A stretch of 59,934 bases of DNA, counting the filler, from Porpidia crustulata (lineage: Eukaryota): NCBI GenBank assembly GCA_964255105.1. It is 8 parts of 8 records of this genome, joined end to end, with 100 filler letters (N's around TTAATTAATTAA, not from the genome) between each part and the next. Parts side by side here need not be neighbours in the genome. Positions count along the whole stretch, not along the records: positions 1 to 7,419 come from CAXUWE010001328.1; positions 7,520 to 14,937 come from CAXUWE010001329.1; 6 more parts are not named here. One strand, written 5' to 3'. The notes beneath the pieces were generated by a model. The model did not search any database, was not told the origin of the DNA, and worked only from the letters and a program-made list of their open reading frames with translations. Each line of letters opens with the position of its first letter. Within the stretch, counting starts at the first letter, position 1. Shown piece after piece: positions 1 to 12,322 of the stretch. The position numbers and the translations under genes are program-made.

Positions 1-558
1 TTATAGAATCGTACAGTGTCCGTGAGCCTGAAAGCTACTTATATAGTGATAATTCTGGATGTTGCTCTTGTGTCCGCGGTGCTGATCTATCCAAACCAGG
101 TCATTGCTGGAAGGGGTTCAAGTGTAATTTAGTGTAGTGTATCCAACTGGGTATCGAAGCCGTGTAATGCTAGTCTTGATCGAAGATATTGCTGGGAGGT
201 GAGGAACAAGACATTCTGAGGATGGTGTCTTTCTTTCCTTGAGAGGAGATCTACCTCACGGTTTGGGAGTCCGGAGCTTTGAGGTGGTCAGGGATAGCCT
301 GTGTGGATCGACCGTCGAAGGGGCAGATTTCAGCGAACGAGAACTCAATTTATAAGTCCGTGATCGATGGATCTTACTGCGCCTTTAGATGACAGGAGCA
401 GACAGTTATGGGGGATGTTTGTGAGTAGTATTTATGTCGAGGTGGTCGAATTTGTCTATTGGTGGATTGAGATGGCGAGTCTCCTTCTGAAGACAATCCA
501 GGACTCAGTGGAGTGGGAATCTCGATTACTATGCTCGAATACCTGCTCAAGAACCGGC

Positions 559-1219
559 CTAGTCGACAAAACCCATCTCGTCGTCCATCACGCCAATAAT
601 GCCTCTACCGGACGGGTCAGCTTCTTTGTTATTAGGAGGCCAGGCATGCATTTTCTTGCGGAGGAGTTCTGCTTGACGAAGCGCAGCTGGTAGATCTCTT
701 AAGAAGCTATTAGCCCCCTATTCCCTTGCCAAAGCCGTAGCAAACTCACTCGAGATGCCCGTGAACCACATAGCCCTGAGCCGCTAGAGCTTCCGCAAGT
801 TCTACTTGATGATTATTCAAGAGATCTGGGTTAGGCACGACTATTATGGGTACAGCGATCCTCAGAGCCGCCAAGATTGAGCCAGAACCAGCATGACTGA
901 TCACTACTCCCTCGTCTTCACTATTCTGCCCTTTTGCGGCTCTCATTTCCTGTCCCAAACCGTCTTTGTTAAAGCTGAAGCCGTTGACAGTGAGTCCATA
1001 CCGTGCCTTGGTTTCAGTCACGCTGTCATTGAATTCCCTTAGTATTGCGCCATCCTCACTCCCATGCTGTAACAGCAATTCAGAGTAGCAAAAGCATTGG
1101 AGTGCTTCCAGGAAGTCTTGGCTCAGAGCTGCTCTGATCAATTGATCAAAAGTGGCAGTAGCTCCAATTGTTATAAAGCAAGTTTTCGGGCTTTGTCGCA
1201 TTTGTTGTATTCCAGCCAT
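559..1219 (-). CDS. ALG13: UDP-N-acetylglucosamine transferase catalytic subunit ALG13 (2 exons)
   Basis: Motifs FITIGAT, VISHAGSGSIL and VPNPDLLNNHQVELA (GT28 C-terminal domain). A GTGAGT...CTAAT...AG intron (about 749-698) leads to exon 2, ending GVMDDEMGFVD* at 559. Confidence 0.93.
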
Positions 1220-1377
1220 CGACCGAATTAAATGATGTAAACGGTTGATGTGGATGTATTATCGGGTGTTTTGCAGTGGATTTAGCGAAATGCATATTTG
1301 TCGGAATTGGTTGCCGTAAATCTATTCCATATGCCTATCTATCGTAAACGCTTTTTTCCAGACCTATACAATCTTGA

Positions 1378-2573
1378 ATGGCGTCGTCAATTAACAGATT
1401 GGGCAGTTTGGCCCTCAGATACACTCCTAGACTACCTTCACGTAGGAAAAAGGATCCCTGCGTCATCACTTCAAGAGCATTTCACCCAAGTAGGGCTTGT
1501 AGAAAAAATGAAGACTCAGGATCACCTGCTGGAAAGCAACCCTTCGATTACCGTTCCTCCCTCAGCACAAGAAAGCGAGAGCGCTATGATTTACTCTCAC
1601 CAGAAGATAAAGTGGAGGCGGAAAGAATTGATCGAAAACTACATGACTATATGACTTCTCCCGAGGTTCAGTCTGATCTGACGGGTGAAACCTCACAAGC
1701 AGCTTACGATATCGCTGCTAGCGAAGATAAATTTGAAATTCCGACTGCGCTCGATCCAAGGATAAGGCCCGGCCTGATGGCAATGGGGGAAGTGGATCCG
1801 CAGGACAGTGGGGCGGATGACGAATTCGCAGGGGATGATATAAGCTCATTAGCTCATGGAGAATTGGAACAGCACAGAGAGATGAGAGAGTTTGCTAGGA
1901 TTGCAGCTTGGGAAATGCCACTGCTTACTAGTATGTTGTTATCAGTTCAACCTTGAGATAAGCATCTGAAAATTGACTTCCTATAATTTTAGAGCTTGCG
2001 AAACCCTTTACTCCACCCAGCAAAGACCAGCCTCTCCGCTTTCGCTCTACAACATACATGGGCGAAACTCACCCAGCGGCGAAGAAGAGTGTTGTCGAAT
2101 TCTGCACACGTGATCTTCCAGATCTTACAGAAGCGCAACGCATTAAGCTTGTCAAGCTCGTCAGCGTGCGTTATAATCCCGAAACTGACATCGTCAAAAT
2201 GAGCTGCGAGATGTTCGAGACCCCAGCTCAAAACAAGCGCTATCTCGGTGATTTGATAGACACCTTAGTAGCAGAGGCCAAAGATAACACAGACATGTAT
2301 GAGGATGTACCTTTAGATTTCCGGCACCATAAATATAAGCCAAAACTGCAATTTCCGGAGGACTGGAAGTTAACGCCGGAGAGAAAAGAACGGCTTGAAG
2401 CTGAGAGGCTGGAGAATAAGAAGGCCGAGACACAAAGAGAGCTTTGGGGGCAACGGCCGAATGGAATACGTGCGATCGAGGCGATGCTCAACGGTAAAAT
2501 AACTGAGGAGGCTCGTGTACTTGTTGAGGCACCGAGAACTACGAAAGGAAGAAAGCCCATGATGAGGGCGTAA
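1378..2573 (+). CDS. RSM24: Mitochondrial small ribosomal subunit protein mS35/Rsm24 (2 exons)
   Basis: Arg-rich presequence; HGELEQHREMREFARIAAWEMPLL; after an intron at about 1931-1991, FRYTTYMGETHPAAKK and SCEMFETPAQNKRYLGDL. Confidence 0.9.
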
Positions 2574-2778
2574 GTATTAGTAGATCGATTAAGGAAGGAT
2601 CGGGAATACTAGCCCCAACCTTGTATATACTACTATGACATCCCATGTATGATAACTTAAATAGTTCTTTCCATCTGGCGTAGACGTGGAATATATGAAT
2701 CACAGTATTTGCTCTCAATGGCTTGCCCTTTTCAATAGGAATTCAAAGAGACGCCAATATCGAATCACCGCAAGGGCC

Positions 2779-4023
2779 ATGTCGCAGGGGGCGAGACATC
2801 CCAAACGCTTCGCACCATTGCATCCGGAAAAGAGGAAGCAATCTGACGCTCCGAAGCTTCAAGGTATTGTGTTTGACGTGGATGGTACATTATGGTACGG
2901 CACCTCCTTCGCTTTGACTTTAACTATCTCTATTCAAACCTGCTGCACTTCCATTTAATACTCCATGATCCCTGCCTTTAGCTGCTGAGCCCTTTTAGGC
3001 GTTTCTATGGAAGTCTGCCAATTTACACACATGAAGACCTCCTTACCGTAAAGATATACTATCTATAATCGAAGGAATCTGTCATGGTATATTTCGTCTG
3101 GTCAATCTGACCCTGCAAGCTTTGCATGACCTGATGGCTAATAACGCTCTCTATTTCCCCCACAATGCTGAAACCTTTCTAGCAAACCACAAAATTGCAT
3201 GTTTGGAGAAATGAGGTTTTTGTCCCAGTCTTCTTTTGCCTAATCTCCCTTCTAAGTTTATTTGTCTGCTTCCAGAGACGCTCTTAGAATCTCCAAGGAG
3301 ACAGACATTCTGGACCACATATACTCCCTTCCGCATGAGGAACAAGCCGCCGCACACGCCAGCATCCGCGCCATTGAAGCGAGAGCCATGCTTAAGCAAG
3401 AAGCTCAACCAGGCCTCTTATCGCTCATAGAGTATTTGGAGTCTAGGGGTGTGAGAATGGGATTGTGCACGAGGAATTTCGAGTGAGTAATTGCTGCAAT
3501 ACTTTTACTGGAAATATGTGTGTAGGTTCGATGGACTTTATGGATATGAACGGTTGTATAGACTGCAATGGATGTGCGTGGGTTAACACGGGCCAGTGCT
3601 CCTGTGATGCACCTCCTGCAAAATTTCCTCCCAGGAAAGACCTTTGTGCCAATCGTGACCCGGGAATTTCGACCTCCTAAACCAGATCCCGCGGGGATTT
3701 GGCACATAGCTGAACAGTGGAATCTCGCCAACAAAGGCGAGCATCTGATTATGGTTCGTGGTGACCATTCCTTTGAATCTACTTCTTAGTATGTGATGTG
3801 ATGAGATAGTGCAGGCTAACACTATGGGATCTTGAAGGTTGGAGATTCCATAGACGACATGACGGCAGGCTATAAGGCAGGAACAGCCACTGTGTTGCTC
3901 GCGAATGAGGTCAACGAGGCGCTGAAAGACCATGAACATACAGGCTTGTGGATCGATAGGTTGGATCATCTGATTGATAGATTGGAGAATGGATTTGAGG
4001 AGCTTCCCAAGAGGCAGCCCTGA
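2779..4023 (+). CDS. HAD-superfamily hydrolase (YOR131C-like), multi-exon
   Basis: Motif I FDVDGTL, small exon KPQNCMFGEMR (about 3183-3214), LCTRN, PPKPDPAGI, motif IV VGDSIDDM; GT-AG introns separate the pieces. Confidence 0.88.
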
Positions 4024-4229
4024 TATTTGCCTTTCTTGTTGGCTTGCTGCACTATCACACAGCCTGGACTATGTCCTACAGCCTCTTCTCACCAAACTAC
4101 GTCCCCGATCGCGCGAGATCTCTTCAATTCTTCCATCGCGGCGCTTTCAGCCAATTTGCACCTCCAAGCCCTATTTCACATCGATCTTATAGAATCTCCT
4201 AGCGTTTGCTCGAGCCCGTATCTCATCTC

Positions 4230-4584
4230 TCAATTCACCAACCGCCACATCCCCATCCCTACTAACGCTAACGCGATACCAGTGATACCAGCTTGCCGTG
4301 ACTTCATCCCAAAGCGAGACCCGCTCTTTAGGATCCTAGCCTCCTGTTGCTGCAACTGATGCTTGCCGGAAAAATAGCTGTATCCTCCGAGGCCGATGAA
4401 TGCAGACGTCCCTAGACTACGCAGTTAGTACCCGTAAGATCATGCATGTAGAGCCGCTCTCACCGATCAATCTGCAGGAGAGACAATCATCTTGTTTGTC
4501 TTGCTCCAGCACTGTTCGGAGCTTCTCCGGGCGCTCCAAGCTGGCGACGGAGACGTTGGGCGCTTTATACGTTTCCTGCGCCAT
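4230..4584 (-). CDS. Small membrane protein, DUF4536/DMAC1-like (about 100 aa, 2 exons)
   Basis: Manual translation: MAQETYKAPNV...DKQDDCLSCRLI|GTSAFIGLGGYSYFSG...GITGIALALVGMGMWRLVN*. A 52-nt intron at 4463-4412 (GTGAGA...TACTAAC...TAG). DCxSC motif plus two hydrophobic helices. Confidence 0.78.
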
Positions 4585-4785
4585 CAATGGTATGCATCAC
4601 CGGAAAGTCAGGCCCGGATCGAGAGAAACATAGATTATATATGTTGATAGAAAGCTACCATTCTCGTACTTATATGCCTTGACCGCCTTAGCTTTCCCGC
4701 GCTCCGATTGGCCAATCAACCTCAACTTCGCGGCAAAACTACGCCGACTCGCGCGTACCCAACTTCGACAGCCCATGTTCGCACC

Positions 4786-6549
4786 ATGATGAGCAGTGCC
4801 ATTGAGGCACTTTACGTCTACGATCAACATAAGTATAGACATTCCGAAGTACTTCGTAACGATGATTTTTGTTTACTGATGTCGAAGTTATAGTGATTGC
4901 CTTCTCGAGCATGTCTACCGCTCTCGACCACCTTCTGCTCGGATCCTGCTGTCATTATATCTCGCTCATCCAGCCCCTAGACCCTCCTTGATATATCTAC
5001 CAAACATCAATCCGCCCACTGTATTATTCTCTCTCGTACATGCGAATCTTCTCTTTCTTTCTCCAGTCTCGGCAGATACCGAGCCCTTGTTCGTCCTCGA
5101 ATTTCTTCACCGAGTCATTGATGTTCTAGAGGAATTCGTTGGAGCACCCCTACTGGCGAGCAAGATAGAAGGGTCTTACGATGTAGTTGCTCAACTTCTG
5201 GGCGAGATGTGTGACGCTGGAAGTGTATGCAATACGGAGCCCAATGCCCTGAGAGATGATGTTGAAGTATCAGGATGGATGGGAAAGCTTCTAGGTGGAG
5301 TAGGCTTACCTGGGTATGATAGACCTCTGGTTGATGGAGTCACGAAACTGAGGCTAAGTCGAATCTACCTCAAAGATCATCACCGGCTCTGCTACCCTCG
5401 GGTGGTCTGAAGCAACAGCTGAGTCTAAATCCCACAAGTAATGGCCCTGCAATTCCCTGGCGCCGCGCCAACGTTCGTCATACGAGCAACGAGCTCTATG
5501 TTGATATCGTAGAGACATTATCAGTCACACTGGCACCTTCCGGTCGTCCTTTGGCGGCCTTCGTACATGGATCTATAGCATTCACGTCTAAGATATCTGG
5601 TATCCCAGACCTTTTATTAACCCTTTCCGCATCAGGTGGAAAGCTTGGCCTGGAGAAAGCCATAGAATTGCCAGTTTTTCATCCATGTGTGCGACTAGCG
5701 AGATGGAAAGAACGACCTGGAGAATTGAGCTTCGTGCCTCCAGATGGCAAATTCGTTCTTGCTGGTTATGAAGTGAACCTGCTGCCTTCGCATACGGACC
5801 TCAAATCATGGTCGAATGCGAACTTGCACCTTCCAGTCTCTGTCGAGGTCTCCAAATCAATAGGTTCCAGTGGAGCGGACTTCGAGGTTCGGCTAATAAT
5901 ATCGAATACTTTCCCCGGATTCTCATCGTCTGGAACATCACGGCCTAATCTCGGTACGCGGTCTTCAGGACGATCTACGCCAGCGTTTGCCGGCGGATCC
6001 TCTTCCACACCTGTGATCCAAGATGTTGTGGTTAGTATTCCTGTCTCCGCAGCTATAAGGAACATTGGCGACATTCGTGCGAGTCGAGGCGAGGCATTCT
6101 TCACACCGGCTGAGAACATGTTGGAATGGCGGATAGCAACCAAGGATGTTGCGGCGGCTGGTAATGCCACGCTTCGTTGTACCGTTGTTGGTCCTGCCGG
6201 CAATGACGAGGATGAAGTGACCAATGGCTTCCAATTCAACGCTCAGAGCGGAGCTTACGATGATAAAGAGGACGCATATCAGACTTCAGCTTCGGAATCC
6301 GCGGAGCAGACTCCGAATAAGGAGCAACCAAGGCAGCGTGATTTGCGAAAAGTCCAGCAGAATTCTGTTCTGATGCCTTCCTCTGCATCTGTCAGCTTTA
6401 GTGTTAAAGGTTGGTTAGCTAGCGGAATCAAGGTGGATGGCCTTGTTGTGGACACGCGTAAGAGTAGGGGGCTCGGTGAAGGTGTCAAGCCGTACAAGGG
6501 CGTCAAATATCTGACCGTGAGCCGAAAAGGTGTAGAGACAAGATGCTAA
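4786..6549 (+). CDS. Adaptor complex medium (mu) subunit, AP-3 mu-like
   Basis: Longin-like N-terminus (EPLFVLEFLHRVIDVLEEF, QLLGEMCDAG), IPWRRANVRHTSNELYVDIVE, FHPCVRLARW, SFVPPDGKFVLAGY, C-terminal KPYKGVKYLT; two introns. Confidence 0.88.
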
Positions 6550-7419
6550 GCCACAAAGTCGGCCAAAAGAAACGCAGGACGTTGGCGGCTCAATACATTG
6601 GCCACAGCGACCTTCAAAATCTCATGCGTCTTGACCAACATGATTTGTCTGATGGGTCAGGCAGGATCAAAACCGCTGATTGAATTCAGGACTAGCATTT
6701 GGCTAACCTTCGTTTTGAACTCGTTCTACACCTACTGTATGTCCTCAGACTCACCCTACCCTTTTAAATCACTTTAAAATACTTTCTCACTGCCAAAACT
6801 CTAATCCACCAAGTCCACCAAGCCTCACAAACAACCGCTGAATCTTGTAAATGCCAATAAAAAGATGATTTACGAAGCAGAAGGAATACTGCGAGCTCTT
6901 GGTATCATCTAAACCCTACTATAACATGTCAATTGATCAAAGACTTTACCAAGCGAGAACGAGAGTGTCTGACTGACTAGCTACTGTAGATATTGTTAAA
7001 ATCTCGCGATGGACATTTTCGTCCCAGCGCACATCTGGGTTTAAGATTATGAGAATTTTATCGTTTCTCTCTACATTGCACTATCATAAACCTAAGAAGC
7101 CCAATCGTTATCGGCCAGCAATATAGAGGACCTTTACACCATCATGATTACCACTTCCCCTAAAACACTCCCTTCTTAAAACCTCAATCCTTCCCCCCCC
7201 CAAACTTCCCTCTCCTCCTTCACCCTTCGCGGCTTCTCCAATCACCCTCAACATTCACTTCAATCCCATAACCTATCCTTTCTTTTCCCGCTTCTCAGAC
7301 GCCAGCATTTTAACACATTGAAGCCAGTAAATCGACAAAGATAGCTAATTTTTGGGAAGATCCCCAGATTAGTGAATGTTCCACATTTTTGATTCTTTTT
7401 TATATCGGCCAATGAACCA

Positions 7420-7519
7420 NNNNNNNNNNNNNNNNNNNNNNNNNNNNNNNNNNNNNNNNNNNNTTAATTAATTAANNNNNNNNNNNNNNNNNNNNNNNNN
7501 NNNNNNNNNNNNNNNNNNN
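7420..7519. other. Artificial contig spacer
   Basis: 100-bp block of N runs around TTAATTAATTAA, which has stops in all six frames. Confidence 0.99.
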
Positions 7520-7651
7520 GTATATATGTATTTATAGGTATATATATATGATTTGGAATGGGCAAATCAATATCACTGTTGGGGTTTTAGTTGAAGAATC
7601 GGAGCATTAAGATTGGCATCAACTTAGAATCAGACACATCATCCCACCTAA

Positions 7652-9346
7652 TCAACTCAACTCCCAACGTTCCTTCTTGATCTTATTAGCGATCAGCCGC
7701 CCATACTTAATTCCCAACCCGCTATCTATAAATCCCAGCCTCGCATTAATCCAAGCTTCCCTCTCACTACCCTCATTCGAACTCGTCCTCGCCACAAGCA
7801 AAGGCCAAAGGAGCATGAATCCCGCAAGCGGAATTCTCTTCCTCTTTGATGTCAATTTTGCGGTCGAGTCGATATCGCCCAACATAAATGGCACGGTAGC
7901 GCAGATACCCGAGATCATGTCTTCGATGATACTTTGGAAGCGCGTGAGCAGATTTTCGTCTAGGTGTAGGCGTTGCAGCTTCATGGATAGATTTTTGGCC
8001 CCTGAATGACAGCCGAGGAGAGAAAGACAGTGCAAGGAGACTTCGAGTAGATGGGCACGCTTGCCGCAGCATGAGGCCCAGATGTATCCGGTGTAGAGGT
8101 CGTGGTGTACTTGCACCATTCCATTAGCGGGAAGGGCATCATTTGGAGGATGATAGACGGTCTGATAGCGCCAAGGTTCACAGATGGAGTAGTTGTCAAT
8201 CCAGCTCTGATACAGGAGATCAACGGCCATGGCCTCTTTGATAATTCCGAGGAGGCCATATTTCCACCCGTCGTCACGTTCGCTGCTGTCGGAAAGGACC
8301 TGTGCTTCAGCACAAATGTGGGCAGTATCGATGCTGATTTGCGCCATTTCCTGGGGAGGCCCTTGGGGCCCAAAAACCAAAGTCCAAGCGCCAGCTTCTT
8401 CCAGAGGCTTCTCATGCCTGGTCAAGCACTTCATAATCTGTATGGTACTATGAGTAAATTGGGTGAGGACTTGCAACAGAAGTGAGTTTGTTGGTGGCTT
8501 ACGGCTTGTGAATGCAGGACACCGAAAAGGCATCGGCCTATTGGAGATTTAAATTGATCGCTGCCACGAAGGCGAAGTAATGACATTCGACCGCGGTGGT
8601 GATGATGATCCATCAGAGTACCAGTTGGCAAGCTGCCACTAATAGCCTGTTCCAAAATTATTAGCTTCCCTCTTTCTAGTTTTGATGTAGAGGGATGTCG
8701 TGTTTCATCTTACTTCGTACAAGCCCAGCACAAAGGGCGTAGCCAGTGTAGTATCTTTCAAAACTTCCACAGGGTCCTGCAGTACCCTCGCAAGGGACGC
8801 TAGTGCACGCCCATATGCCGCCCTAGCCTCATCTGCCATCCATGCCAGACCAAGCTGATTTGCCTGGTTCGCAAACGCTGCAGCATAGACAGCATCATTG
8901 AAACAGGCGCCTGCATTTGAATCGCCATAAAGCCCAGACAAGAAGATTGTTGTATTCGGAACAGCGTCCGAATCCAGGGCAAAATCGGCGAAGAAGCGGG
9001 TGACGGCGCTTTCTCGCCACTCCTGCGCTCCATCAGGCATTGTCACGCTTTGTTCCGCCAGATCTCGGGCTCTACAGCTATTGCGGACACGAGACTCCAC
9101 TTTCTTTTCGGCAAGGCAAGTCATATCGCGAAACACAGCCTCCGTTTTACCTTGATATCCAGGGCAGGTTTTGCGAGAGTCGATGCATCTTTTGCATTGT
9201 GGAACACCTTCATCACACTATACTTTCACACCCAAGTTATTATTCAACCATCGTGTTTCAGAATGACAGCAACACATTTCGCTTGATGGTGTACTTACCT
9301 TGATTTTCCTTACTTTACATGCATCACACCTCCCACTGCGCGGCAT
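7652..9346 (-). CDS. Zn(II)2Cys6 fungal transcription factor (3 exons)
   Basis: Spliced zinc cluster MPRSGRCDACKVRKIK|CDEGVPQCKRCIDSRKTCPGY, then YGRALASLARVLQDP and C-terminal ICATVPFMLG...LLWPLL of the fungal-specific TF domain. Confidence 0.88.
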
Positions 9347-10117
9347 GGCTGGCGACTAGTAGCAGCAGTGATTCACCTCTTATCTTAGAATGCACTTTAC
9401 ATTTTTCCGATCATCTTTTTCTGACGCCCAAGGAAAGCTCGACTGTCTGGTGAGCCAAGTAGTATGTCATATGTTACCCAGAGAGTAAACCCTATTTAAT
9501 GGAAGATACTCAAGAAGCTTGGGTTGAGGTAACTGAAGTCCGAAGAAGTTAGTGGCCAGGTATAAAATGCGCCTAGTAAGCTTTCTCGGTATGAATCACA
9601 CAACGGTCAGCCGCAAGGCTGAGAAAACAGCGATCCAAACTGATTCGGGTAATTTTGTGCGCTCCTCATTTGATGCCTTTCTTCGTAATCCTCACCAAGC
9701 TCGATTTGGACATGTTTGTTGTAGGTGACTGCGTGATAGGGTTAGATGAGTTCACTTGGACGGACCTGCAGAGACGGTGTGAGATGCTCACTAAGTGCCA
9801 TTACATTTTCGATGTTACTTCGGAGCAGCGAAAACTTTTTGGAGGGTCTTCGCAATAGTTTTCAGGGATGAGATAGAGGCTGAGCGTAGTGGAAGAGTAA
9901 AACCACCATGCGCCAGCGTGTTGAAGAAAATGCCTTATCGACACGCCTCTTCGACGGCAAAATCATGACAGCTTATAAGAAGTCAAGATGCCTCGCTCTG
10001 TCTCATGTTTTCTCTCAATCTCTTAAGCTTCTACTCAATTTTCTCCAATATCACAGTCCTCAATTTCGATACCTTTGAAAAATTCTACTTCTGTATTAGC
10101 GATACCTCCCTCCAATC

Positions 10118-11470
10118 ATGGGCCACCAGGACAGCTCCAAAGCGACGTGTTCAAATCCTGACACGACTGGGCCAGGTGCGTTTAGAATATCACTCTGGAA
10201 AGCCGATCAATGATGCTGATCGTTACGTTCAGTCATACAGGCCATCGTTGGCACCTTGAAGTGGCACAGTCTCTCAATGATTGTTGCGGGAGTAACGGCA
10301 CTCTTTTCAATCCTGATAGCGATCTTCCTCATCTTTAGACATGCCTGCCATTTCTCAAATCCAGCAGAGCAGAGACAGTGTGTAATCCCGTTTGAACACT
10401 CCGATTACTTCTCTAACAAGCTCGACGTTCCCAGAATTATACGTATAATAACAATCATCCCCTCATTCGCCGTCGTCTCCTTCCTCTGTGTCTGGCTAGA
10501 CGGTACTCCTGCGCCATACCTGACACCTGGGCGCGATATTGGTGAAGCTTTGCCTATGGCTGCATTTTTCCTGCTCATGTCGATATACGTCGCACCAGAT
10601 GAGCGCAACCGAGATAACCTCTTAGCTGAGATGGCGCCATTGAATAAGAAAGGACATGTGCAGGAAGGTGGAAGCCTTAGTTGGTATCGGGTAAGATTCT
10701 TCGTGTGGCCGGAAACAGTCGAAATCAGTACTGACAGGAAGATCAGAAACTCATCTTCGGCGTCCTTCAATGGGTGCCAATCAGCATCATACTGTGGATC
10801 GCCACAGCCATCAGCCTGGCTGCGGGAACGTATTGTATCACCTCAAACAATATTCATTTCGCGCACATATGGGTCGGTTTGCCAGAAATCGTCGATAATT
10901 TCTCAACTCGCGCTGACCTCTTTACAGATCAGTATCATTCGAACAATCTCCACCATGATTGCTATCACATCTATCCTCGGGTTCTACAAGCGCTTTAAAT
11001 CGGTTCTCAAGCCCCGCGGCGCTTTCAAACAACTCCTCTGCTTTAAAGTTATCGTCATCCTCAACTTCCTCCAGACCTTGATATTCTCGTTCCTCCAGTC
11101 CTCGGGCAATCTGCACGCCAACAAATACCTTACCTTCAACAATCTAACCAACGGCCTCCCCTCCCTCATTCTCTGCTGCGAAATGGCACTCATCTCCCCT
11201 TTCTTCTTGATGTTTTATTCTATCAAACCTTACATCCTCGGCCACATGTCCTCACCCGAGAATCCGTCCTCGCGACACGATATACAGCGCTACCAAGGCG
11301 GTCCGCTCGGCTTCTACGCCATCTTGCAAGCGATTAATGTCTTTGACATCGTAATCGAGCTTTTGAAAGGTACAAGAGCCAAATTCGGTCGAGCACCGAT
11401 GCAGCCTCAAAATCAGTACATCCGACTTCCGCCATCACACAACGGACAGGTGCCGAACTACACCCGATAA
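10118..11470 (+). CDS. Organic solute transporter OST-alpha/TMEM184-family membrane protein
   Basis: HACHFSNPAEQRQ|IIRI, FKQLLCFKVIVILNFLQ and LILCCEM motifs; several hydrophobic helices; several short introns. Confidence 0.85.
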
Positions 11471-12322
11471 TGCACGATGCTGTGGCATGGCAAAGGTGCA
11501 ACGGTCATATAACCTTGGTTGGATGTCTACAGTGATGGTGTAGAGGGCGATCTGTGAAATGACAGCAGCCGAAACTCGATAAAAGGACGGTGGAAAGCGG
11601 AGCGTTGGAATCAGGGGGAATTGTTGACAATTTTCGCCACGTGGGGCTGAGGCGCTAGCAATTTTCCTCCAGACCTTTTCCTTTTTACCCCTTGGATAGC
11701 CTCCTAATAACAACATCAATGCCTCCAATCCACACATTCATGTTCCAACACGGAGGACGGCGGTTGAGCAGATTCCACGGCGTAGATTCCATTTCTTGGA
11801 GCTCTTACCGGATGACATAGCCATCTTTCGGTAATACAAAATCTAGGGTTCTGGTTGCTCCGTGGCGATGTGATACGTTCTAAGGGCAGTGAACGTGCCT
11901 TCCAGAGCGATGCTGACCCCGTGCTTTCCTGTAAGCAGAGGCAAGCTGTGTGAGCACGCTTCGTCTGCTAAGCTTGTCCACATACACCAAGCAATACGCA
12001 CGATTATCTAATATGTGGAAAGTGAGATATATGAGTAGAGTAGCAGAGATAATTCTCTCCAAAATTGAGGAGTGCATTTCGCGCTACGAATCAATACCGC
12101 TTTAGAGCTGTAATAAAGCTGTAATTTAAACATGGAAATAACGATGACATGTGAAAAGTGAGATATGCAATTCCCTTAATAATAAAATGTAATCATTTAT
12201 CTCTTATTAAACATTTCTCCCCAGATGTTCCGCTCATCCATATCGTCAATTAATTCGACTTGGGCTTCGAAGCATTTCTTTGCAATGCCTGAAACACAGA
12301 CTGCAAAGTGGAATTGGATATA

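Noticed and set aside
6550..7419. Possible ncRNA or small gene downstream of the mu-adaptin
   Set aside because: No convincing ORF, snoRNA box pair or known RNA motif was recognised.
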